From: an uncultured Christensenella sp.
GTDB taxonomy: Bacteria > Bacillota > Clostridia > Christensenellales > UBA1242
Direction: 5' to 3'
Assembly (NCBI GenBank): GCA_910586385.1
Contig: CAJUGX010000004.1
Span: 54,862 to 118,861, forward strand
Length of the DNA: 64,000 bases
This document shows positions 23,839 through 33,301 of this stretch, one piece after another; the stretch's first letter is position 1, and every line of letters begins with the position of its first letter. Position numbers and translations under genes: made by a program. The notes beneath the pieces are model-generated. The model ran no database searches. It was not told the origin of the DNA and saw only the letters and a list, made by a program, of their open reading frames with translations.

Positions 23839-24976
23839 AAAACACCTCCAACTCTTTCAGATTTGCAACTTTTATACTGTTTGCTCGCAGGTAATCATTG
23901 ACCTGTTTGCAACGCTCAAGATCTTCGGTGCCGGCATTGATATACCCCAAAGTATACTCGGTAATCTCGTCATGATAAACACTCTTGTTTGCATAATAGA
24001 TGACGCCCTCGTCAATATAATCGCAAAACTCAGGTTTATCTTTTTTCAACTGGTCGAAACTGATGAAATAAATCCCAGAGTTTTCGTTGAGGTTTTCGGC
24101 ATACATCCTTGTTGTAAAGTGGTTGCAAATTTGCGCAAGCTTGCTCTTGTCATAAACATAGATGAAGTTTGCATGCACACCTTTTTTGAGTGACAACAAA
24201 ATGCTTTTGAAATAATCGAGTTCTTGATTGCTGTCGCTAAACTCGACCTCATTGCCTATTGCAATGTGAGTAAATTCGTCTGTCTCGTCAAAAGAATAAT
24301 ATTGTTCTCTCAAAAATTCATATGCTTTCTGAATTGACGCAAATCTTTTTATCAGTTGCGGAGAAGTTTCACAACCACCAAGATCAATGGTCGCAGGAAG
24401 ACAAACTCTGCCTTCAAGTTTCAGCTCCAAAAGGGAATAAATCTCTTTCAAAATCCCCTCTTCGGCATAGAAAATTTTACCATGATAAGAAAGAGTCTGC
24501 TCATCAACCAAATCAAAGCCTACAATTTTGAGAAATCGGTTGTCCTTCAACACCTTTTTGCCAACATAAACCACTGAAGCAGTCTCATCATAAAAATCTT
24601 CATCAAAGCAGTTTACAAAGATGATTGAAACAAAATTCAAATCGCAAAATGCTTTCGCAGTCACCTTTTTGATGTGATGAATCTTTGAAAGAGGCTTTAT
24701 TGCAACATTGCAATAGACTTCTTTTTCATTTGTCAGAAAGTTGTGAGCAACCGCCCTCGCAACAAAACTCTCCTTGTCTTTGGTGACAATCAAGACCTTA
24801 TCAAGCCCGCTACCCACCTGTTTTGCCTTGATTTCTTTTGGATTGACAGCGTCGTCTGGGATGAGATAACTCCTCCCCACTTTTTGTGCACCAGGGATTT
24901 CTCCATTTGCACACAAAGCACGCACTCTTCTTCCGCTTACGCTCCAAATCTTTGCAACTTGTTCTACTGAAAGCAT
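23822..24976 (-). CDS. excisionase/MerR-type HTH fused to an uncharacterised domain of about 330 aa
   Basis: The N-terminus LSVEQVAKIWSVSGRRVRALCANGEIPGAQKVGRSYLIPDD is paralogous to the N-terminus of the 14317 protein. Its 3' end overlaps the SDR start by 17 nt. Promoter TTGACA, 16 nt spacer, TGgTATAAT just upstream. Confidence 0.6.
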   Translation of the reverse strand: MLSVEQVAKIWSVSGRRVRALCANGEIPGAQKVGRSYLIPDDAVNPKEIKAKQVGSGLDKVLIVTKDKESFVARAVAHNFLTNEKEVYCNVAIKPLSKIHHIKKVTAKAFCDLNFVSIIFVNCFDEDFYDETASVVYVGKKVLKDNRFLKIVGFDLVDEQTLSYHGKIFYAEEGILKEIYSLLELKLEGRVCLPATIDLGGCETSPQLIKRFASIQKAYEFLREQYYSFDETDEFTHIAIGNEVEFSDSNQELDYFKSILLSLKKGVHANFIYVYDKSKLAQICNHFTTRMYAENLNENSGIYFISFDQLKKDKPEFCDYIDEGVIYYANKSVYHDEITEYTLGYINAGTEDLERCKQVNDYLRANSIKVANLKELEVFYELHK

Positions 24977-25124
24977 TTTTTCACCCCTTTATGCTGATAT
25001 TATACCAATATCGGAACATTTGTCAATATATTTTTCATAAATCAGCCTTCAAAACTCCAAATACAACTGAAAACTTCCGTTTAAGAATTGATTTCATGGG
25101 AAAATTTGTTTTAAGGAGTGTTTT

Positions 25125-25826
25125 ATGTTTGGAATTGACGACATCTATTGGGTGCTGATAAACTCAGTTGTTTCATTCATCTATCTTTTCATCATCTCAA
25201 AATTGCTCGGCAAAAAACAGATTGCCCAGCTTGAGTTCATCGACTATGCAGTCGGAATCTCACTTGGCTCAATTGCCGCTGAGTGGGCAACCAAGACCGA
25301 TGCGCCTTTCTATTATTATCTCATCGCAATGAGCATATATTTTTTGCTTGCATACTTGGTCGCAATCATCGGCAGAAAAACGACCTTTTTGAAAAGAATC
25401 ATGAAAGGAAAGCCTTCCACCCTGATCTATGAAGGCAAAATCATATATGAAAACTTGAACAAATGTAAGATTGATGTAAATGACCTTCTTTCTATGCTCA
25501 GAGAAAAAGATTATTTCGACATCGGCGATGTGGCTTACGCAATCTTTGAGCCAAGTGGAGACATTTCGGTCCTTCCAAAAGGCAATCAAAAACCAGTTGT
25601 TATTGAAGATTTGACAGCAAAACCAAAAGTTGAAGAGCCGTCACTTATGAATGTCATTGTCGTTGACGGAGCGATTTCGAAGTCTGGGCTTGATGAAATC
25701 AACAGAGACAAATCCTGGCTTTTCAGATCTTTGAAATTGAAATCCAAAAAAGACTTGAAAAACATCTTGCTTGCAACCTATGACGACAAAGATGGGACAT
25801 TTGATGTGCATTATAAAAAAGACTAA
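25125..25826 (+). CDS. DUF421 (YetF-like) membrane protein
   Basis: LLGKKQIAQLEFIDYAVGISLGSIAA plus a C-terminal ...DVAYAIFEPSGDISVLPK pattern, typical of YetF/DUF421. Confidence 0.7.
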   Translation: MFGIDDIYWVLINSVVSFIYLFIISKLLGKKQIAQLEFIDYAVGISLGSIAAEWATKTDAPFYYYLIAMSIYFLLAYLVAIIGRKTTFLKRIMKGKPSTLIYEGKIIYENLNKCKIDVNDLLSMLREKDYFDIGDVAYAIFEPSGDISVLPKGNQKPVVIEDLTAKPKVEEPSLMNVIVVDGAISKSGLDEINRDKSWLFRSLKLKSKKDLKNILLATYDDKDGTFDVHYKKD

Positions 25827-25847
25827 GATCAATCTTAGTCTTTTTTG
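25816..25847. terminator. bidirectional rho-independent terminator
   Basis: gactaaga / tcttagtc stem with A- and T-runs. Confidence 0.7.
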
Positions 25848-26366
25848 TTATGCTCTTCTTTCTCTAACTTCTTCTCTTCCCATATTTGATATTGCGTTTC
25901 TAAGTCTTTCTGTCCTATTCAATATTTCTCTTCTTTGACCTTTCCTTTCAATATGCATCTCAACATCTTTATAAACATTGGTGAAGTTGTGATCCATAAA
26001 TGTGCTTACATTTTTATAATCCACAAATCTATAAATCAACTTTTTTCCTGCATACTCACTTGAAAACACCCCTAAGTCAATTGGCAAAATTGAAACATTG
26101 TCTTTATTTTGTCCTCTGTGGCAAATGATTTCTACAAGTTTCTTTCCATCATTTCCAAAAAACTGCATACATCTTTCGCCAGCACAGTCAATCGTAACCC
26201 TTGCCCCGCTTGGATAAAACTCAACCATCTCTCTCATCTTTGCATCTTTGTCAAGATATTTTCCATTTGAAAGATCTGCGACTGGAAGAGTTGAGCTTAC
26301 ATTGAAAAGCAATTCTTCTTTTATGAAAAAGTTCTTGTTGTGGTCTGTGAGATTTAGATATTTCAT
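25848..26366 (-). CDS. hypothetical protein, divergent from the LysR regulator
   Basis: Start at ATG 26366 (AAAGGAG upstream). No motif recognised. Confidence 0.5.
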   Translation of the reverse strand: MKYLNLTDHNKNFFIKEELLFNVSSTLPVADLSNGKYLDKDAKMREMVEFYPSGARVTIDCAGERCMQFFGNDGKKLVEIICHRGQNKDNVSILPIDLGVFSSEYAGKKLIYRFVDYKNVSTFMDHNFTNVYKDVEMHIERKGQRREILNRTERLRNAISNMGREEVRERRA

Positions 26367-26462
26367 TTTTTGACTCCTTTTCTTCAATATTCATTGACAT
26401 TATATCTCAATTCTGTCATAATGTAAAATATCCAATTTTTATTGTGGAAATAAGGAGAACTT

Positions 26463-27353
26463 ATGGCAAACTACAACTTATACAAGACATTTTTGACTGT
26501 TGCAAACTGCAAAAACCTCACAAGAGCAAGTGAGATGCTCTATATCTCTCAGCCAGCCATCACAATGAACATCAAGCAACTTGAAGAAACAATTGGCGGA
26601 AAACTTTTTGAGAGAAAAAACAAAGGTGTCGAACTGACAACCCTTGGGAAAATACTTTACAGCCGTGTAAACCCCCTTATTGACCAACTTGATGGACTAG
26701 AAAATCTGGTACACCTTCAAAACAAACTCCAACTTGGATATCTGAGAATTGGCGCAAATTCTTCAAACTGCAACACCATGATTTCTCAATACCTCATCGC
26801 CTTTGCAAAAAAATATCCTGATGTTGAAATTGACATGGTGCGCGACAACCAAAAAGATCTTCTTGAAAAACTCAAGAAAGGGGAGCTTGACATTGTTTTT
26901 ATGGATAGCTGCAGAGTCAGTGAGGGCATTGTTTCAAGAAAAGATTTCCCTGTTGAATATCAACTTATTGGCTCAAAAAAATATTATGACAAATATTCTG
27001 AGCACAAATTTTCTTTTGAAGAATTTCCAATCAATGACCTGATACTACCAAACACAAAAAACAATTCTAGAAGATTCATTGACAAATTCTTTTCCTTACA
27101 CAATGTCTCACTGGACACAAGATACGAAGTTGACAATTATTCGTTGATTTATGACTTCGTCAAAAATGGACTTGGCATTGCCTTTGTCAGTCTTGTCTAT
27201 TACAAAGATAAAATTGAAAAAGGAGAAGTTTATCCAATCTTCCCTGACATAAGAATCAACGCAAGACAATTCTCCATATATGAAAATACACAATATCAAA
27301 ACAAAACAAAAGACGAATTTTTCAAGCTAATAAAAGAAGACGCTCTTATCTAG
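26463..27353 (+). CDS. LysR-family transcriptional regulator
   Basis: YKTFLTVANCKNLTRASEMLYISQPAITMNIKQLEETIGGKLFER is a canonical LysR HTH, followed by a substrate-binding domain. Confidence 0.9.
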   Translation: MANYNLYKTFLTVANCKNLTRASEMLYISQPAITMNIKQLEETIGGKLFERKNKGVELTTLGKILYSRVNPLIDQLDGLENLVHLQNKLQLGYLRIGANSSNCNTMISQYLIAFAKKYPDVEIDMVRDNQKDLLEKLKKGELDIVFMDSCRVSEGIVSRKDFPVEYQLIGSKKYYDKYSEHKFSFEEFPINDLILPNTKNNSRRFIDKFFSLHNVSLDTRYEVDNYSLIYDFVKNGLGIAFVSLVYYKDKIEKGEVYPIFPDIRINARQFSIYENTQYQNKTKDEFFKLIKEDALI

Positions 27354-27928
27354 AGAGTCTTCTTGCATTCGCATATCACAAAATCGCCATGCGTTGAAAA
27401 CTGAAAATCATAGCCTTTTGTGTCTTCAAGCAGACCTTTCAAATCTTGTCCAATTGTCTCTCCCCGGCATTTGATAAACGCCTCTTTTTTTGTCCAAAGT
27501 TTTGTCAACTCCAAATCTTTGTCTTTCACCTCATTCAATGAGTCAAACTCTGATTCACTGCAGATTCTTTTTGCAAGTTTTTGGTCATAGCGAATTATCT
27601 TCTGAATATCAACCCCAACTGGCACATCTGAGACCGCAATGCAAAACAAATCCTCACTGTTTGAAATGTTGAAAAACTTCTCATTTTCAATATATGGTTT
27701 GCCATTCTCAGACAATTTCAAATCGTCAAGATTTTCACATCCAAGCATTTGTTTAAGAGAAAAATACTCAGCAATGCACATCTTCTTCCTATCTTCACCA
27801 ACCCTGTTTCTCACCTTGGTCTTCAAGATATCTGGAAAACTTTGAAAAATTGTTGTATATTCTTCTTCCGAATACTTATCAAAGTTATCATAAATCCTTA
27901 TCATATTTTTCATCTCAAAACTCTTCAA
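27350..27928 (-). CDS. Sfp-type 4'-phosphopantetheinyl transferase
   Basis: FNISNS, VGVDIQ and WTKKEAFIKC correspond to the PPTase FNxSHS / GxD / WxxKEAxxK motifs. Confidence 0.72.
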   Translation of the reverse strand: MKSFEMKNMIRIYDNFDKYSEEEYTTIFQSFPDILKTKVRNRVGEDRKKMCIAEYFSLKQMLGCENLDDLKLSENGKPYIENEKFFNISNSEDLFCIAVSDVPVGVDIQKIIRYDQKLAKRICSESEFDSLNEVKDKDLELTKLWTKKEAFIKCRGETIGQDLKGLLEDTKGYDFQFSTHGDFVICECKKTL

Positions 27929-28050
27929 GACATTTCTCCGTTATCAATTTCTCTTATAAAATATATTTTAGATGCCGAAGAAACCTTTGTCAAGGCAAAT
28001 AAACAGAATGCTCTCACCACTCAAAACAGATACAAAAACAACAGGGCCTG

Positions 28051-28278
28051 CTACTCTGTTATTTCCATGATAGTATTTTGAAAAAGCAAATATCTATATT
28101 CAGCAAACTTATGTTCTCTTATCGGCATAACGCTTCCATTATCAAGATACAAAAGCAAACAAGGTTGAATCCCTTTATATTTCTTCACAAATTTATATCC
28201 AATGCAATGACCTTGTCTGATAAGCCTCTTCGCCTTCGCATGATAGTTGAAATACATGTTTTTATTGTGCAGAAACAA
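28051..28278 (-). CDS. small conserved-looking hypothetical protein
   Basis: 75 aa (possibly starting at MYFNYHAKAKRLI, ATG 28257). No function recognised. Confidence 0.4.
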   Translation of the reverse strand: MFLHNKNMYFNYHAKAKRLIRQGHCIGYKFVKKYKGIQPCLLLYLDNGSVMPIREHKFAEYRYLLFQNTIMEITE

Positions 28279-28974
28279 TCAGTTTTTATTCTCACCCTCT
28301 GCTACAATTCCTGACTCAATTTCTGTCTTTTTTCTTTTGCTTCTTTCAAGAAACATGCAGGCTACAGCAGCGACCAAACTCCCACCAAAATCACAGATTA
28401 TGTCAATCATGGTGTCCACAACTGCTTTATGGCCAACAAAACCAGCAGTCAGTTGCATATCAAGCCCCGCAATGGAGTCTCCCAAAAATTCGTATATCTC
28501 CCAAACTCCACCACAAAACATTCCAAAGGAAACAATAAACAAAAAGAGCCAAAAATAACCAAGTTTGGATTTTGAGTTTTCTGAGAATATTGTATAGAAA
28601 ATAAAACCGGCAACAACTCCGCTTGAAAAGTGAATTATTATATCATACCAACTCACATTTTGATATACACTCCAACCACACCCAACAAGGGAAGCCAAAA
28701 ATATGAAAACAAGATAAACAATCAGTGAAACATAGTCATATCTTATCTTAAACAAAAGAAAAATATAAGGAATCCAAATCAGTACTAATGTGGCGACAAA
28801 GGCAAGATATCTCACAATGCCATTTGGCACTTTGCCCATGACAGCAAGAGGGATGAATACAATGAATAAAGCGAGAGCAATCGCAGAAGCGACAATCAGT
28901 GTAATCAAGATTTTCTTCTTAAAGTCTTTATCAATCTCTTTTTTCATAAGCATCTCCTTTGACAATTTTATCAA
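28279..28974 (-). CDS. multi-pass membrane protein (possibly YjdF/DUF2238-like)
   Basis: About 6 TM helices. The family assignment is tentative. Confidence 0.5.
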   Translation of the reverse strand: MIKLSKEMLMKKEIDKDFKKKILITLIVASAIALALFIVFIPLAVMGKVPNGIVRYLAFVATLVLIWIPYIFLLFKIRYDYVSLIVYLVFIFLASLVGCGWSVYQNVSWYDIIIHFSSGVVAGFIFYTIFSENSKSKLGYFWLFLFIVSFGMFCGGVWEIYEFLGDSIAGLDMQLTAGFVGHKAVVDTMIDIICDFGGSLVAAVACMFLERSKRKKTEIESGIVAEGENKN

Positions 28975-29121
28975 ACTTGCAGCAAAAATCCAACAATTTT
29001 AATATAGTGATACTTTACAATTTTATTCTGTTCTCCCAAAAACTGCAACAAAAAACACCCCCTTACAGAGTGTTTTTCCATTTTCTATATAATCATATAG
29101 GAATAATCATATCGGAAATTA

Positions 29122-30600
29122 TCAGAGCAAAATGCAAAGCACTCCGCCTTTTCCTTCGTTGATGATTCGACCCAATGTCTTTTTCATCTTTCTTTGAGCA
29201 TCTTCTGGCATCATAACAATCTTTGCACTGATGTTTTCATCAACGAGTGATGAAAGACTCTTCCCAAGAAGATTTGTTTCCCAAATTTCTTCTGGTGAGG
29301 TTTCAAATTTCTCATTCAAGTATTCAACCAAATCTTGGCTCTGTTGCTCACTTCCAACAAGAGGAGTGACCTCAGTTCCGACATCAACTTTGATGATGTG
29401 CAAACTTGGTGCTGATGCCTTGATTTTTACGCCATACTTGTTGCCCTGCTTGACAACTTCTGGTTGTTCGAGAGTATATTCGTTTTTGTTTGGAACGACA
29501 ATCCCATAACCAGTTTGTTCAACTTCTTCAAGAGCATTTTTAAGTTTGTCATATTCAATCTTTGCAATGGCAAGGCTCTTGATGTAAGAGACAAGTTCAT
29601 AATCATCATTGATTGCAAAACCGCATTCATCAGAAAGCACGCGATAGAAGAGGTTTTCTTTTGGCACAACATTAAATTGCACAATGCCGTCGCCCATCTC
29701 AATGTTTGAGAATGTTATTGGGTCAAAACTTTCGCTTTCTGTGAAAACGATTGTTTCCTTCTTCGCATCCCCAACTTTTGAGAGTCCGTTTGCAAATTTT
29801 TTGATTTCATTTACAACTTCGCTGATGATTGGATTTGAGAATGACAACGCTTGAAGCCATTTTGGCATGCTGACTTTGACACTCTTGATTGGAAATTCCA
29901 TAAGAACTTTTTCAAAGATTTGGTCAATGTCAGAATCTTTCATTTCGGCAACATTCATTGCCACAACTTGTGCCGCGTATTTTTCACTCAAACTCTGAGC
30001 AAGTTTTTTGCTGTCATTTGAGTTTGGATTTTTGCAGTTCAAAACCACAACAAATGGCTTTTGGCACTGCTTCATCTCAGCAACAACTTTTTCTTCTGCC
30101 TCAACATAGCTTGTTCTGTCAATGTCCGTCACACTGCCATCTGTGGTAAGCACAATGCCGATTGTTGAATGCTCTTCAATCACTTTCTTTGTGCCAATTT
30201 CTGCCGCTTTTTCAAATGGCATTTCCTCGTCTGACCAAGGAGTCTTGACAAGTCTTGGCTTGTCGTTTTCTGTTGTGCCCATCGCTCCGCTGACAAGATA
30301 ACCAACACAATCAATCATCCTCACTTTCAAATTGACATTTTCAGCGACAGAAATCTTGACTGCTTCGTTTGGGACAAACTTTGGTTGTGTCGTCATGACA
30401 GTTTTTCCATCTGCACTTTGAGGGAGTTCGTCAGTTGCTCTCTCCCTCACGTTTTTGTTTTCGATATTAGGAAGCACCAATTTTTTCATAAATTCGGAGA
30501 TAAAAGTCGATTTGCCAACTCGAACTGGCCCAACCACTCCTACATATATATCACCATTGGTGCGTGTCTTTATATCGTCATAAATTTGATACTTTTCCAT
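29122..30600 (-). CDS. spoIVA: stage IV sporulation protein A (spore coat morphogenetic ATPase)
   Basis: IYDDIKTRTNGDIYVGVVGPVRVGKSTFI (Walker A) and a full-length 492 aa SpoIVA-like sequence. Confidence 0.93.
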   Translation of the reverse strand: MEKYQIYDDIKTRTNGDIYVGVVGPVRVGKSTFISEFMKKLVLPNIENKNVRERATDELPQSADGKTVMTTQPKFVPNEAVKISVAENVNLKVRMIDCVGYLVSGAMGTTENDKPRLVKTPWSDEEMPFEKAAEIGTKKVIEEHSTIGIVLTTDGSVTDIDRTSYVEAEEKVVAEMKQCQKPFVVVLNCKNPNSNDSKKLAQSLSEKYAAQVVAMNVAEMKDSDIDQIFEKVLMEFPIKSVKVSMPKWLQALSFSNPIISEVVNEIKKFANGLSKVGDAKKETIVFTESESFDPITFSNIEMGDGIVQFNVVPKENLFYRVLSDECGFAINDDYELVSYIKSLAIAKIEYDKLKNALEEVEQTGYGIVVPNKNEYTLEQPEVVKQGNKYGVKIKASAPSLHIIKVDVGTEVTPLVGSEQQSQDLVEYLNEKFETSPEEIWETNLLGKSLSSLVDENISAKIVMMPEDAQRKMKKTLGRIINEGKGGVLCILL

Positions 30601-30691
30601 TTAAGACCTCCAGCATACCATAATCTATGTTTACCCTGAAGGTTTTAGAACAATCAAATCATCCAAACAACTTCAAACAAAAAAACAGACA

Positions 30692-31075
30692 TCAACTTGC
30701 CTGTTTTTTCTTTTTGTATTTTGCTTTTGTCAAATCAAAACTCATCGAAATGGCAAACTCAACATCTTCATCAGTCGCTTCATCAAGCATGACAGAAATC
30801 CAATGTTCTTTGCTCATATGATATGAAGGATAAAACCCCTTCTTTTCAAAAAGTGCATTCTTGAGCAACGGGTCGCATTTGAGATTCAAAACCCAAGTCT
30901 TTTCGTCTGACGCAACACCAAGTTTGTTTCTCGCAATAAACATCCCGAGCGCAAACCATTTCTTGTTGTCTTTGTGTCTAAATACTGGTGATGGAGCCCA
31001 CTCATTTGCAAAAGGATAGTCTGCAGTCACGCCATATTCTTCTTCAATATACTCAAACAGACTTTCCTTCGTCAC
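30692..31075 (-). CDS. MmcQ/YjbR family DNA-binding protein
   Basis: YGVTADYPFANEWAPSPVFRHKDNKKWFAL is a typical YjbR pattern. Confidence 0.72.
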   Translation of the reverse strand: MTKESLFEYIEEEYGVTADYPFANEWAPSPVFRHKDNKKWFALGMFIARNKLGVASDEKTWVLNLKCDPLLKNALFEKKGFYPSYHMSKEHWISVMLDEATDEDVEFAISMSFDLTKAKYKKKKQAS

Positions 31076-31829
31076 TCTCTTTCACCTCTTCATTTGCACT
31101 TTCAACACTCACTGCTGGCTGAGTAGAGCCAACCTCTGACACGGACACATGCTCAGCATTTTTATTTTTCTTTTTGAATTTGAGGTATTTTCTAAATTCA
31201 ATCTTGTTTTCATTTCCATTGAAAAATCTCTTCAAATTTCCTCTATGAGTGAAAAACAAGAGTGCAATGTTTACCCAAATTATCACCAAGAGTGGAATAA
31301 AGTGCTGATAAGGTTCTGTCAAAACGAAGTAGACAGTCCCATAAATTGCAAGAGAAATCATGGCAATCAAATTGACTATAAATGCATAACGAATGAAGAT
31401 GTAAGAAATAAATCCACAAGCAAAGACAATCAACGCTCCCCACCAAAACATTGGATGGAAGACAAAAATTCCAAATGTGCAAGCAACACCTTTGCCGCCC
31501 TTAAATTTGTAAAACACTGGGAAGCAGTGTCCAATCACAATCGCAAGCCCAATCAAGAAGAATGCGATGTTGCCAAACCCTGCAAAGAAATGTTCGAAAA
31601 GATAATATCCCCCAAGAGCAGGACCGCCTGACTTAATCGCTTCAAAGAGAATTGTAAGCATCGCCTCTCCAATTCCACGGGTCCTAAGCACATTGGTCGC
31701 ACCTGGGTTTTTGCTGCCCACCTCTGTGATATCTTTGTGGGCAAACATTCTATAGAATATTCTTGCAAAGTTTATATTGCCGATGAAATACCCCACGACA
31801 AATGCAATCACCAAATATAATGCTATCAT
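31053..31829 (-). CDS. plsY: glycerol-3-phosphate acyltransferase PlsY with a C-terminal extension of about 55 aa
   Basis: GSKNPGATNVLRTRG motif, multi-TM, follows der. Confidence 0.9.
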   Translation of the reverse strand: MIALYLVIAFVVGYFIGNINFARIFYRMFAHKDITEVGSKNPGATNVLRTRGIGEAMLTILFEAIKSGGPALGGYYLFEHFFAGFGNIAFFLIGLAIVIGHCFPVFYKFKGGKGVACTFGIFVFHPMFWWGALIVFACGFISYIFIRYAFIVNLIAMISLAIYGTVYFVLTEPYQHFIPLLVIIWVNIALLFFTHRGNLKRFFNGNENKIEFRKYLKFKKKNKNAEHVSVSEVGSTQPAVSVESANEEVKESDEGKSV

Positions 31830-33133
31830 TCTTCCTCCTTACCTTTGAAGACGAGTTCGATAGGCGTTCCAGAAAAGTCAACTTTCTCTCTCAAACGATT
31901 CTCCAAATACCTTTCGTATGAGAAGTTTATAAGTGTAGGCTCTTTGCAGAAGAAAACAAATCTTGGAGGTTTTGCACTTGGCTGTGTCGCAAACATAATC
32001 TTACTCCTCTTTCCGTGTTTTGAAGGAGGCTCAAAATTGAGAATTGCGTCATGAACAATGTCATTCAAAACCCCAGTGGTTATTCTTCGCGATGTGTTCT
32101 CATAAACCTCATCAACTGTTTTCATAATATCTGAAAGTCCTGTCCCCACAAGTGCTGAAACAAAAATTGCTCTGAAATATGACATGAAAGAAAATTTCTC
32201 TTTAAGTATTGCCATAAATGCATCTTTTGTCATCGTTTTTTCATCCCACTTGTTGACAACAATGACATTCGCTTTTTTCGCCTCATGCACATAACCAGCA
32301 ATCCTGACATCTTGTTCAGAGATTTCTTTGGTCGCATCAAGCACAATCAAAACGACATCACTTCTCTCAATGGCATCCATACTTCTAAGCACAGAGTACC
32401 CTTCAACAGATTGTTTTTCAACAGAACGCTGACGACGAAGTCCGGCGGTGTCAATCAAATAATAATCTTTCTTGTTGCACCTAAACGGAACTGTCACGCT
32501 GTCACGAGTTGTCCCTTCCACATCACTGACCACAACTCTCTTTTTGCCGAGCAGTCTGTTGATGAGCGAACTCTTTCCAACATTTGGTCTGCCCACCAAA
32601 GAGATTTTGATTCCATCCAACTCTTCCCCGCCAGTCTCTTTTGGGAAGTGTGCCACAACAGCGTCAAGCACATCACCAATTCCCTTGCTTTGTGTGCAAG
32701 AAATCGGCATAGGATCACCAAGCCCAAGGTTATAAAATTCATACGTTGCAGAGACATCAAAATTGTCAAGTTTGTTGACAACCAAGACCACCGGTACTTT
32801 TTGTTTACGGAGCAGTTTTGCAACATCCTCATCCGCCTGTGTGATACCAGTTTTTCCGTCAACCAAGAAGATGATGACTGTTGCATTTTCGATTGCAAGC
32901 ATAACTTGCTCAATAATTTCCTTTTGGAAAATATCTTCACTCTGAAGCTCGACTCCGCCAGTGTCGACAATGGTAAAGGATTGACCGCACCATTCTGCGT
33001 CAGCATAAAGTCTGTCACGGGTGACACCCGCAACATCATCAACAATGCTTATTCTTTTTCCGCAAATCTTGTTGAAGAAAGTTGACTTCCCAACATTTGC
33101 TCTGCCGACCACGGCAACGATTGGTTTACTCAT
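31826..33133 (-). CDS. der: ribosome-associated GTPase Der/EngA
   Basis: Two GTPase domains (GRANVGKST and GRPNVGKSS) plus a KH-like C-terminus. Start at ATG 33133 (MSKPIVAVVG). Confidence 0.93.
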   Translation of the reverse strand: MSKPIVAVVGRANVGKSTFFNKICGKRISIVDDVAGVTRDRLYADAEWCGQSFTIVDTGGVELQSEDIFQKEIIEQVMLAIENATVIIFLVDGKTGITQADEDVAKLLRKQKVPVVLVVNKLDNFDVSATYEFYNLGLGDPMPISCTQSKGIGDVLDAVVAHFPKETGGEELDGIKISLVGRPNVGKSSLINRLLGKKRVVVSDVEGTTRDSVTVPFRCNKKDYYLIDTAGLRRQRSVEKQSVEGYSVLRSMDAIERSDVVLIVLDATKEISEQDVRIAGYVHEAKKANVIVVNKWDEKTMTKDAFMAILKEKFSFMSYFRAIFVSALVGTGLSDIMKTVDEVYENTSRRITTGVLNDIVHDAILNFEPPSKHGKRSKIMFATQPSAKPPRFVFFCKEPTLINFSYERYLENRLREKVDFSGTPIELVFKGKEEE

Positions 33134-33301
33134 AATAAAAATAATACCACAAAACAAGATTTTAGGCAATCGTTTAATCTTCAAAATTTATAAAGTTACA
33201 AAAAGCACAAAATTGGCTCACATGGCTTTTCTTGATTAAAAATTCACGATGGTTGTTTTTGCCAAGTTTTTCGACAATTTTGCACAATTTTTGATATTTT
33301 T

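Noticed and set aside
21421-25000. Integrated mobile element at the tRNA-Arg gene
   Set aside because: No integrase, recombinase or transposase was seen, and I could not find a direct repeat of the tRNA 3' end downstream. Only the composition shift and gene content suggest horizontal origin, so no mobile_element feature was called.
32285-33085. 266-aa plus-strand ORF, and the 183-aa minus-strand ORF 32494..33045
   Set aside because: Both lie inside der (EngA), which has two unambiguous GTPase domains. They are alternative frames of an AT-biased gene.
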